Below are positions 24,856 to 34,577 of a DNA stretch of 64,000 nucleotides, piece after piece. How positions within the stretch are numbered: position 1 is the stretch's first letter; the number at the start of each line of letters is the position of its first letter. Position numbers and translations under genes: made by a program. Under the pieces are notes generated by a model that was not told the origin of the DNA, ran no database searches, and saw only the letters and a list, made by a program, of their open reading frames with translations. Origin of the DNA: Cyanophora paradoxa CCMP329 (taxonomy: Eukaryota; Plantae; Glaucophyta); assembly GCA_004431415.1 (NCBI GenBank), contig QPMI01000518.1, positions 24,796 to 88,795 of the forward strand. Direction: 5' to 3'.

Positions 24856-25257
24856 CTAACTCGGAAATCGCAATACTCTATGTTTCTCCGATTTCTCCAA
24901 CCCTGAAAACACACCTGTTATTCTCTCATCTATCTCATGAGATACTCTCGTGGTTTTTCTCTCTGCTTCTAATCCACAACTGAATATATCAATCGCCAAC
25001 ATACCTTCATTTGAGTAACAATGAGCAGTGCAATGGCTCTCATCCAGCAGAAGAACCATTGCAAAACCAGGAGGAGAAATACCACCATCGAAAATCTCGC
25101 AATGCTTGTGAACTACTCGAATACCTTGCTCTTGAATAATAGTTTGCAAGAACTGCATTAACCACCTGGTTGTTGTCTCCAAGTCCTCCATTCCTACTGC
25201 TAATTGGGTTCTGAATTTGTAATCCAGCATCACATGGAAGCCTCGATGAGTATTCAT
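24856..25257 (-). CDS. speD: S-adenosylmethionine decarboxylase proenzyme family (short prokaryotic-type, pyruvoyl-dependent)
   Basis: 133 aa with G.H..LD at the N-terminus, PPGF.MVLLLDESHCTAHCY (ESH self-cleavage site) and AIDIFSCG. Confidence 0.85.
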   Translation of the reverse strand: MNTHRGFHVMLDYKFRTQLAVGMEDLETTTRWLMQFLQTIIQEQGIRVVHKHCEIFDGGISPPGFAMVLLLDESHCTAHCYSNEGMLAIDIFSCGLEAERKTTRVSHEIDERITGVFSGLEKSEKHRVLRFPS

Positions 25258-25297
25258 TTATGAATAATTTAGAAAAATTAAAAACGCGAATGGTAGA

Positions 25298-25447
25298 ATG
25301 CGAACCATCTTAGCAAGAGTGCTACCTTATGAGTTGGTGGATATCATTCTGCTGCACTACCACAAGACCTGTCCCAGCTGCTTTGACACATGCATAATCA
25401 CAAAGGGAAAATGGGGAAAGATTCTCATTTCTCTCTCAAAGATCTAA
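25298..25447 (+). CDS. 49-aa small protein with an F-box-like start and CxxC motif (below the ORF-track cutoff)
   Basis: Hand translation MRTILARVLPYELVDIILLHYHKTCPSCFDTCIITKGKWGKILISLSKI*; it fills the gap between two genes. Confidence 0.45.
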   Translation: MRTILARVLPYELVDIILLHYHKTCPSCFDTCIITKGKWGKILISLSKI

Positions 25448-25716
25448 TCGAAATATAATACTACTGGTTTATCATCTATCACGATTCCTGATGTCGTCTT
25501 TTTTCTATATGCATGAGAGGATTTCTTGTTGCATTCTCTGCATCCACTTCCCCTTACATGATTAAATGGGTAGGTTTGCAGGATCTTGTTGCATTTAAGG
25601 CATCTAACAGAGACCTTCTCTTGTGCTTTCTTATAGACTGTCTCACTATAATCGAATTTAGCATCACCATGAACCATCATTGCAGATTCTATGAATTTCT
25701 TTGTTTTATCATCCAT
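25444..25716 (-). CDS. Stand-alone DUF723-like zinc-ribbon protein
   Basis: FIESAMMVHGDAKFDYSETVY...VRCLKC...P.NHVRGSGCREC matches the repeat unit seen in viral homing-type endonucleases; no nuclease domain is present. Confidence 0.65.
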   Translation of the reverse strand: MDDKTKKFIESAMMVHGDAKFDYSETVYKKAQEKVSVRCLKCNKILQTYPFNHVRGSGCRECNKKSSHAYRKKTTSGIVIDDKPVVLYFD

Positions 25717-25743
25717 CCCTCTCTCTATATATACCTGAGATTT

Positions 25744-26787
25744 CTATGGAGCAGTATCCTGTCCGAAAATGGGGAAGTAGCGATTTGTGCCGTAATATTC
25801 TGCATATGTATTCTGTTTTGCAATAGCATCGGTTCTCTCAGCATAGAGAATGCATTTGTAGATACCAAACCTGGTGGCTCTCACCAAGAACTGGTAATCT
25901 TCAAGACCGAAATTCACTCCATGATATATAATTTATGGGGTTGGGTCATCAATCACATCTGGTTCCTGGTAAAACCCTGTTGTGAAGATATCTGCAACGT
26001 TTACCCCTCGAAGTGCCGAAACAGCTGCTATATCTGTCCTCAGTCCCATAATCATAGTATTGTAAACTCCAACCTCAGTTACAAACAAATCATAGGTAAA
26101 TGTCAAATTGTTATAAACACAATATCCTCGACCGAAATGGTTTGATGCTTGAACAAAGAATAGGTAATTATGACCTGTTTGATTGTTGTTTGCTCTGCAC
26201 ATAGATAGCATTGCTGTGGGAAGCGGAATATTTCTTCTTACTCGATCAGTTCCTGTTATAATAACCAATTCCGAATTTTCAAGAGTGACAGAGGAAGCAA
26301 CATAGAAATGTAGAAAAGGTTGCTGTGCAACTGGTGTATAGAAACGTATTCGTTGGGGATTCTCTACATTTTGTTCAAGAGTATCTGGGACATCATTATA
26401 CGAAACTGATGAAGAGAGTTGTCCTGAAACACGACAACCACCACCAATAAATGCTCCTCCTGATCTCACAGTAACAGCAGCAGAATTCTTATCGAAATCG
26501 AGGGCTTTCAGATCAACACTGTAAGCATCAGGACCTCCATTAGTAGGTTGGAAGAAATTCGCATTTGAGACAAGGAGTCGAGTGGTTTTGACCACACCAG
26601 AATTCTTATCAGCTCTCAGTTCTTTAACTCGAATAATCGAATTTTTATCAAAGGAGTTACCATTGGAATTGGGTCTCTCTGTGGATTCTAAACCACGAAC
26701 TTCATCATTCACTTCATGCTGGCGAAAATGCATTGCAGGGGATCCAAGGGAATATATAGGCAGTTGAACTCGATTATATTCACCCAT
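25744..26787 (-). CDS. Fibre-like protein 3 (shared N-terminal domain, unrelated head); contains an in-frame TAA at 25933-25935
   Basis: The N-terminus IIRVKELRADKNSGVVKTT...NSAAVTVRSGGAFIG is homologous to the two neighbouring genes. The frame stays open for 62 codons after the TAA, up to TAG at 25744-25746. Confidence 0.6.
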
Positions 26788-26822
26788 TGCTTCTTTTACT
26801 AAGAAGGAAAGAAAAATAATGT

Positions 26823-27089
26823 TCATTGCTCTTCTGTGACATTGTTATACTCGATGCCTTTCTTTACAGTTCCCCTTTGGAATGCCTGTAATACAATGGC
26901 TTCCTTTGAGGTTGGTATCTGAACTCCTGCTGAAATACAAGAGTGGATCTCTTTCTGAACAATCTCATCAATTGCAATTCTTGCCCTGTTGTGAACCACA
27001 TTATCAATCCAATCCTGAACAGAAGCAGCGCAATATTCCATTCCCAACTTCTCAATATCAGATAGAACTACTTGGTATATATTTGACAT
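26823..27089 (-). CDS. 88-aa protein resembling small phage tail-fibre-associated proteins
   Basis: MEYCAASVQDWIDNVVHNRARIAIDEIV resembles, from memory, small genes found next to C1q-type fibres in aquatic tailed phages; it lies directly after a C1q fibre gene. Confidence 0.55.
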   Translation of the reverse strand: MSNIYQVVLSDIEKLGMEYCAASVQDWIDNVVHNRARIAIDEIVQKEIHSCISAGVQIPTSKEAIVLQAFQRGTVKKGIEYNNVTEEQ

Positions 27090-27110
27090 CTCTACTTAAT
27101 AGAGAGAAAA

Positions 27111-28130
27111 TTATGTGATACTTAGAAGTTCACCTGTGAAAAGTGTTCTACTTGAATAACTACCTGTGGAACCTGTGACAAGTGTTACATACTCACCAGC
27201 AGGAACATTGATAATTGCACTGAGAGTAAGAGGTTTGGTTGTGATAGTGGAATTAGCTTCTACTGAAATGTTAACTCCATTGGGTAAAAGATTATTTTTC
27301 AGAAAACTAAGACTTATTGCAGCACTTGTTGTTGAATTGGTATATGCTGTAAATCTATAATCACCTGCAACAAGAGCTGTAAACCTTCCATTAGTAACAT
27401 CGAATGACCCTGTATTATTTATCAAAACGGTTGTCCAATTGATCAGAGCGGCTGCACTTGTAGCAACATGAGTATATCCAAGTTGAACAGAAAATCGTGG
27501 CTGAGAAACATATTTTAAATAGCTTGAATTCAGAGTCAAACGATTGGCTTCCAGTGTTGCAAAAAGATCACTGTTACGTTTTAACAGCAGATTAACATCT
27601 GCTCCTGTATCTATTTCAGGAGTGACCACCTTGGTTGATGCTGTTATTATTGATTCTGTGGAATTGGGAATACTAATTCCAGCATTTGCTGTTACCAATC
27701 CTGTAAATGTGCTTGTTCCTGTTATGCTTACTTGATTGGCTGTAAGGGTTCCATCAATCCTTGCCCCATCTCCAATATAAGCGCCTCCACTTCTTACTAC
27801 AAGAGCTGAGTTATTGATGGTGTTGTCAAAGGTAACAATCTTTGGTGTGGTGAACCCTCCCACATCATCATAAATTGCTGAATCTGATACAATCTGACCT
27901 GATTGAACTTGGTTCTTGTTTGAGACTATTAGACCTGTGGTTCTCACCTTGCCTGCATTTCGATCACATCGAATTTCTTTGCATCTGATCACAGAATGTT
28001 GAGAGAATGAATCGGCTCCTGTGGTCTCTGTGCAAATGAAACCTGGGGTAGCATCTGTTACTGTATGGTTGAGTTGATGCAATTTCGGCGCTGCATAACA
28101 GAAAACAGGAACAGCTATTTGTGTAGACAT
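27111..28130 (-). CDS. Fibre-like protein 2 with C-terminal C1q/TNF-like domain
   Basis: Shared N-terminal domain; Thr/Gly-rich shaft; INNTGSFDVTNGRFTALVAGDYRFT...FTGELL C1q signature. Confidence 0.75.
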   Translation of the reverse strand: MSTQIAVPVFCYAAPKLHQLNHTVTDATPGFICTETTGADSFSQHSVIRCKEIRCDRNAGKVRTTGLIVSNKNQVQSGQIVSDSAIYDDVGGFTTPKIVTFDNTINNSALVVRSGGAYIGDGARIDGTLTANQVSITGTSTFTGLVTANAGISIPNSTESIITASTKVVTPEIDTGADVNLLLKRNSDLFATLEANRLTLNSSYLKYVSQPRFSVQLGYTHVATSAAALINWTTVLINNTGSFDVTNGRFTALVAGDYRFTAYTNSTTSAAISLSFLKNNLLPNGVNISVEANSTITTKPLTLSAIINVPAGEYVTLVTGSTGSYSSRTLFTGELLSIT

Positions 28131-28152
28131 TCTTTATATTATACAAACAATA

Positions 28153-29211
28153 TTATGTAGCACTTACCAGGTAAACCAACAAGATGTGATTGTTTGGAAA
28201 GTCAATACTACCTAACATACAGTAAATTTGAAGACTGTCTCCCATGGTGAGGGTAATAAGAGCTTCGTAGCACATCTGATTCCTGCTTGATTGACTTGCA
28301 TATGAAAGAATCAGATTTGTATTGTTTCCGTTTATTCTTAGTCCAATCTGGGAGGCAGTTGCAGTAATGTCTTCCGTAATTGTAAAATAGACCCTATAAA
28401 CTCCTGAAACAGGGGCTGTAAATGTTGCTGGATACAGTTTGTCAAAATGACCCTCATTATTCACAAGATATGTTCCAACTGGAAAAGAAAGTGTTGGGGT
28501 GCCGGAACTAACACTTGTTCCAAAAATCTGAGCGTTTGCTTGTTGTCCTGAAATACACATTCTTGGGCAATAGCTGCGTTTAAGACCACTGTTTGTTGGA
28601 AATGTGATTGCTTTCAGATCTGTTATTGTCTTTTCGAGAGTGAAAATGATATCTCCGTTTCGTTTATAATTCACATTTGCATCTGTCCCATTATCCATCT
28701 CAGGTGCATTAACTCTTGTAGTAGCTATTCGAGTAACATAGTTAACATCTCCTGAGAGACCACCATTAAAGGTCATCAATCCTGTGAATACACTTGTCCC
28801 ACTCACATTTAATTGGTTTGCTGTAACAGTTCCTGCTACATTTGCTCCATCTCCAATGTAGGCTCCTCCACTCTTGACTACAAGAGCAGAATTATTACTT
28901 GTGTTACCAAAAGTAACTATCTGAGCTGTGGTAAATCCACCCACATTATCATATATTGCTGAATCGGGGACTACTTGACCCGCTTGAACTTGATTTTTAT
29001 TCGAGATAATAATTCCTGTGGTTCTTATCTTGCCTCCATTTCGATCACAACGAATTTCTTTGACTCTAAGTATATTGTTCTCAGTGAAAGAGGTAATGCT
29101 TGTAGTTTCAGTGCATATATTCCCGGGTGTAGAGTCGACTACTTCATGAGAGGTGCTATGGAGTGATTTGGCTGCAAGTTCATAGTTTGGGATTTCTAAA
29201 AGGGAGGTCAT
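28153..29211 (-). CDS. Fibre-like protein 1 with C-terminal C1q/TNF-like domain
   Basis: Probable start MTSLLEIP after TAAAG; paralogous N-terminus; FTAPVSGVYRVYF...LTMGDSLQI C1q signature. Confidence 0.75.
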   Translation of the reverse strand: MTSLLEIPNYELAAKSLHSTSHEVVDSTPGNICTETTSITSFTENNILRVKEIRCDRNGGKIRTTGIIISNKNQVQAGQVVPDSAIYDNVGGFTTAQIVTFGNTSNNSALVVKSGGAYIGDGANVAGTVTANQLNVSGTSVFTGLMTFNGGLSGDVNYVTRIATTRVNAPEMDNGTDANVNYKRNGDIIFTLEKTITDLKAITFPTNSGLKRSYCPRMCISGQQANAQIFGTSVSSGTPTLSFPVGTYLVNNEGHFDKLYPATFTAPVSGVYRVYFTITEDITATASQIGLRINGNNTNLILSYASQSSRNQMCYEALITLTMGDSLQIYCMLGSIDFPNNHILLVYLVSAT

Positions 29212-29230
29212 CTTTATAATTACGAAATAG

Positions 29231-32200
29231 TTAAATTGCGACAGCAATGTAATGAATTGTAACTGGAAATCCTGGTCTGTCAAAAGAACTTAATGGAACT
29301 ATGTCAAGCTCACAAGTGAAATAGCTACTGTAAACTTGTTTAAGCCTAACATACATTCGATAGTAGTAGGCTGTCTCATTGTGTTGTATACCAGTTGTTA
29401 CAATAGGAGGGTTAGCAAAGCTGCTGTTGAAATTAATAGTGAGGTTAAACCTATGGTCAGGATTTGCCCAAAGATAAGGAGTAGTGTAAACATACGTTCC
29501 TGCTTGGATTTTCCCATTAAAATATGCATTGAGTTGACTGGAAAGATCTGCCTCTGTAATACATCGACTGATGGTCGCATTATTTGAGGGGTTCATAGCA
29601 TAGAAATTTCTTGCATAGGCATTTCCACGAACAAGTAAGGTTTTATCAAAGTAATTCTGCGAATTGTGGAAGAACCATGTTTCTTCAAACATAGGTCCTG
29701 CTGGTTCTACAATCTGACCTGATCCTACATACATTGTGTTGTTGGCTCTGATTGTGGTGGCTGTGAAAGGATCGAGGGTGGGTTTATTGGTCAGGTCATT
29801 GTAGTTGCCCGAAAATAAAGCGGGTTTGTTATAGATATCTGTATTCCAATCATGAGTATGTGCAAAATCTGTAATATCTGCTTTGACATGAGTGTGAGCA
29901 AAATCTGTAATCTCACTCTTGACATGAGTGTGTGCAAAATCTGTAATCTCACTCTTGACATGAGTGTGTGCAAAATCTGTAATCTGTGACTTTGTGTGAG
30001 TGTGTGCGAAATCTGTGATTTCAGATTTAAAATGAGTGTGAGCGAAATTCGTAATATCTGCTCTTGTGTGGGTGTGTGCAAAATCTGTTATCTGGGATTT
30101 TGTGTGAGTGTGTGCAAAATCTGTGATCTCTGCTCTTGTGTGGGTATGTGCTCGATTATTCAGATCAAGGAAGCTACCTGAATATGCAACAGGGTGTAGA
30201 TTAGATGGGGTGGGTTTATTAATGAGATCATTATAATCTCCTGTGAAAGATATGATTTTCAGTTCACCCCTTCCAACATAATCAGAAGGGAGGTCAATCT
30301 TAATGGGCATGATAGCTGGATCATCAGGGATCTCATACTCACCTCCTGGGTGAACCACAGGGAATGTTTGATTGCTTTCAGTGTGAACAAAGAAGTTGCA
30401 TGCTGTTACTGTTCCATCAATTACCCCACCTGTGAGAGGGAGGTAATCTCCTGTCACACCAATATTGATACCTGCAATGATTGTATTTAGTTCGGTTTCA
30501 TCTATGTAGTTTTGGGCTTGAAGGTAATCCTCTGTAACCACTCTTGATATAGTTTCATTGTGAATATTTTTTGCAGCCATTCTTTGATTAGCTTCCAGAA
30601 CCCCACCATAATTCGTTTTTATCCATGCAAGTTCTGCCCTTCCATAATTATCATTTGCAGTTCCCACTATGGGAATGTAGGAGTATTTATCTCGACTGAA
30701 AACTATCATTGGTCTTGATCCATCCAGACTGCTCACATCTGCAACATGAACCTGTATAGCTGCATTGTAATTTTGGTAGGTTGCTGGGTCTGTTGGAACT
30801 CTAAAAGTATCTGTGGGTATGTCAACCTCCATGTAGCTTGACACAAAGATATTTGGTATGGTTGCTCCTGGTTCTGGTGGTGGATTATAAGAGCCTGGTA
30901 ATGTTCTAATATGAAGTGGTCCTCTCATAGCTGAATTTGCAAGTGTCCCTTCCACATGAACATAGTGGTGATTCAAAAAGATCCTTTCAGGGACATTGCA
31001 AGTCTGGTAAAGAGAAACTCCCAGAGTAGCAAGAGGCTCTACTTTTGCGAATTCTGGTTGGTCATTGATCTCATCCCAAGTATGTTCATGTTTGCTTGGT
31101 GGGAACTCAGTTGGAATCCCATCAATTTCTCCCCAATCATGCCTGTGATCCTCTGGTGGAAACTTTTCAGGTTTGCCCAAGATCTCATCCCAATCATGAT
31201 TGTGATCCTCTGGTGGAAATCTTGCTGGTTTGTTATTGATCTGCTCCCAATCTGGGAAGAACTCCCAAATCTCTGGGCGAAATCCATCTGGTAATAATTC
31301 TTCATGGGGTTCATATGGTTGCTCATAATCAACAACTGGTGGTTCGAGACCATCTGCTAAATATTCCTCATGGGGTTCATAATTCTGCTCATATTCATAC
31401 TCTTGTGGATCTAAACCATCTGGTAAATACTCTTCCTCATTGGGATCATATTGATCATATTCATACTCTTGTGGGTCGAAACCATCAGGTAGGTATTCCT
31501 CCTCATCTGGAACGAATTGGTATTCGTCAAGCTCCAAAATATCAATTTCAGGAGGTAAATATTGCTCATCAATTTGCTTTCTTGGTTCAATTATAGGTTT
31601 ATTTCGAACCTGCTCCCAACTCACAATGTGTTGACCAAAAGGAACTGTCTCATCTGCTGTGTATTCTCTTCCTGGTTGCTTTTTGGGTGTTAAATCTGGT
31701 GGATCCCATGGTAGTGGGAAGGGAACTGGGACAGGTCCATAATACTCAAAGATCTCTCTTATGGTCTTCTCACTTACAAGTTTCTCTCCATTTGCATAGA
31801 CATTGCTTCCATGGATATTTCGCCATTGTCTGGTTCTAATACCAAGATCTTTGGTGTTTGTCACCAAAGGTAAAAGGTGCCTATCCATTTCGACAAGGTC
31901 TGGGTGTAAATGAACTGTTACTGGTTGAGTGGGGCTACTGTTGACAGTGATAGACGCCTTATTCTTTGCTGTATCACCAGGTAGTTGGAAACCGAATTGC
32001 GCATTAGAAGCCGAATTCGCCACAATATCTCGTGGATAAACATTGTTAGTGAACTCGATTTTGTTGGTTTCTCCATGGGGGCTATCTGTAATATTTCGGG
32101 AATTTGTGCAATTGCATTTGATCCTTCATTATAGATTCTCAAACCACTCTGATGCCCACCCTTCTCATTTTGAACATTGAATATTAACCTACCACTATCG

Positions 32201-32520
32201 AATCGAGTTGGAATATCTGGATGGGTTCCACTGGTTTTCAGTTTTCTTGGTCTGCTCCTGGTTGCTTTAATCTGGGCTACTTGATTCGATTTCACATTCC
32301 CCATGCTGAAAGCAACACTCACATCCTCCTTTTCGGGATCCATTTCGTTTATTGAAAGTGCATGCTCTCTTGGGTGAGTCTTTGAGGGTTCATCTGCACT
32401 GTGATCAATTGAGATTGACCCTCTGGCTGTCAAGTTATCGAAATTCACATGTTTGTTATCTGCCTTCCCTCTTCCTGATGAGGGAATGGTTTGAAGGTTT
32501 GCTGGGTAATTGAAACTCAT
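29231..32520 (-). CDS. Long tail-fibre-like protein (~1090 aa) with His-rich phage fibre repeats and a C-terminal lectin/gp53-like domain; one frameshift at ~32020-32120
   Basis: ORFs 31918-32520 and 29231-32023 overlap in adjacent frames. Repeats include AHTHxKS(E/Q)ITDF x~8, DWxxIxxKPxxFPPxxH x4, EEYLPDG x4 and (S/T)GxYNDLxNKP. C-terminus GKIQAG...INFNSSFANPPIV...HYIAV. Confidence 0.7.
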
Positions 32521-32569
32521 CCCTGTTTACTCTACTTATAGAGATTTATTAAATTTGAGTTAAGTAAAG

Positions 32570-34111
32570 ATGCCCCTTCGTGTAATTCTCTCATTATCAG
32601 GTGGGGGAGCTCGTGGTATAATTATTACGAGATTGTTAAAAGAAATCGAAACTCGAACAGGAAAAAGAGTAATTGACCTTGTTGATCTGGTGAGTGGAAC
32701 ATCCACTGGTGGGATAATTGCGATTGGTCTCAATGTGAAAAATCCCGAATTTCCAAACGAACCTAAACTTACTGCAACCGATTTGCATTCCACTTATCTC
32801 AATCAACTCCCCTTAATCTTTGCAAATCCCAGAAATATTATTGATAATGCACTTTTCAACACCAAGTATGATGTGACCCCATTGGAGACAGCCATTCTCA
32901 CTGTTACTGGTGAGTCTCTCATTCAAGACTCTCTCAAAGATGTAGTGATCACAAGTTTTGACACTGTGAGTATGAAGCCCATTTTTATCACCAATGATAA
33001 CTCCTACAAATCCATCCCCAGCAAGATTGCTGCAAGATCCACCTCTGCTGCTCCAACATATTTCTCACCTGTGAACTATGATGGGATGTCTCTAATTGAT
33101 GGTGCAATCTCAGGTAACAACAATCCCAGTGTCTGTGGTTACAGTCATGCTAAGAAGATCTATGATGATGATGATGATATTATAGTGATAAGTATATCCT
33201 GTGGTGAAGTCAATGAAACAGATGCTCCAAATGTGGGTTACTCTTATGAAGATGTGAACAGCTGGGGCATCCTCTCTTGGATTGCTTCGACCTCTGGAAG
33301 TCCATTAATCAATATGTTGATGGCTGCAAGTGAACTGTCTGCTCTGGAAAAGATGCAAGAGTTTCTCCCATACAATGATGATCAAGGATATGCAAGATAT
33401 TATAGACTCTCTGTTCCACTTCCAAAGACCATAGTAAACTCTTTGGATGATACCTCTAAAATACCAGATATGATAGATGCAACCGAAATATATATAGCAG
33501 CAAACACTGTGATGATTGATAGACTCTGTGATTTACTGGTTGCAAATTACGAAATCAAGAACCCTGCAAGGTTCTATATATCATCCACTCTGAATAACAT
33601 ACCTCCCATTGATGCTAACTGGTATCTTCTATCAGATGGTGCATTCACTGCTTCATCATCAAAAATTGGAAGGGAGGCATTTAAAGCAAGACCTTCCTTG
33701 ACAGGTTGGGAAGCAAATGCATCTGCTCCTGATGGGATATGGAGTGTTCACACTGAGTATCTCCAAGTAACCTTCCCATACATATTTGAGGTTGCATCTA
33801 TAATTGCATATGGTTCTGGTGTAACAAACGCTTTTATTAAGACCTTCAATGTTGCAACATCACAAGATGGTGTTTCCTGGTCATTTATCAAGTATGAAGG
33901 TGTCAACAGAGTGTTTATGTGTGAAACTATTAATAATGCCCACAACAGTGGTGATGTCTCATACAGTTCTGGGTATCCCACCTCTATTAGAGACGTTTTC
34001 TATATTGGCTACCCTCTGAGGACAAGGTATATTCGAATTTATCCACTTGTATACATCAACACCCCAACTATGAGAGTGGATGTCACAGGTGCATTTATTC
34101 GAAGTGTATGA
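32570..34111 (+). CDS. Patatin-like phospholipase fused to a C-terminal F5/8 type C (discoidin) domain
   Basis: GGGARG, GTSTGG, SAAPTYF and DGA catalytic motifs; C-terminal YLQVTF, SQDGVSW, RYIRIYP and MRVDVTG. Confidence 0.9.
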   Translation: MPLRVILSLSGGGARGIIITRLLKEIETRTGKRVIDLVDLVSGTSTGGIIAIGLNVKNPEFPNEPKLTATDLHSTYLNQLPLIFANPRNIIDNALFNTKYDVTPLETAILTVTGESLIQDSLKDVVITSFDTVSMKPIFITNDNSYKSIPSKIAARSTSAAPTYFSPVNYDGMSLIDGAISGNNNPSVCGYSHAKKIYDDDDDIIVISISCGEVNETDAPNVGYSYEDVNSWGILSWIASTSGSPLINMLMAASELSALEKMQEFLPYNDDQGYARYYRLSVPLPKTIVNSLDDTSKIPDMIDATEIYIAANTVMIDRLCDLLVANYEIKNPARFYISSTLNNIPPIDANWYLLSDGAFTASSSKIGREAFKARPSLTGWEANASAPDGIWSVHTEYLQVTFPYIFEVASIIAYGSGVTNAFIKTFNVATSQDGVSWSFIKYEGVNRVFMCETINNAHNSGDVSYSSGYPTSIRDVFYIGYPLRTRYIRIYPLVYINTPTMRVDVTGAFIRSV

Positions 34112-34333
34112 TACATCAGGACTTCTGATGTATGATACAGTGGCTTCTGTATCTTCGCCCACATTATGGCGATTTTTACAGTAGCTACTGTATTTTATTA
34201 CCAGGTGCTCCGTTTTTAAATCTGAAAACAGATTCGGAATCGCCACGATAGCGCCAATCAGGATTCGTCGTGATCGGGCACTTACAAAATAAAAAAATTG
34301 ACAAGGAGTTTCTGGATTCTCCCAACTTCTGCT

Positions 34334-34576
34334 ATGGATCCCATCTACCAAGACCCTGCTATCATCCATGCTGCCCAGTCAGACTGGATCCATGATTTCA
34401 AGACTGCTTTCTATTACAATTTCTTCATGTCACAGCCAGAGCATGTGAGACTGTTCTTTGTTTATAATTACCAACTGGTCTCAAACCTTGAAACTTTCTT
34501 CTTGGAAATTATTGAAAAAGATAGACAAATGAGGAAAATTCGCCAGAGGTCTAAGAGATTCCGAAAGCGTTGTTAA
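34334..34576 (+). CDS. Hypothetical protein, 80 aa, basic C-terminus
   Basis: ATG lies 32 nt downstream of an AAAATTGAC motif; the stop abuts the integrase stop. Confidence 0.6.
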   Translation: MDPIYQDPAIIHAAQSDWIHDFKTAFYYNFFMSQPEHVRLFFVYNYQLVSNLETFFLEIIEKDRQMRKIRQRSKRFRKRC

Positions 34577-34577
34577 T

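Larger units (their letters stand above)
23566..24951 (+). repeat. Left TIR of element 1 (~1386 bp)
   Basis: Reverse complement of 48586-49969; the only differences noticed are two single-G indels. Confidence 0.95.

Noticed and set aside
25933-25935. Alternative genetic code with TAA as sense
   Set aside because: Many neighbouring viral genes end properly at TAA.
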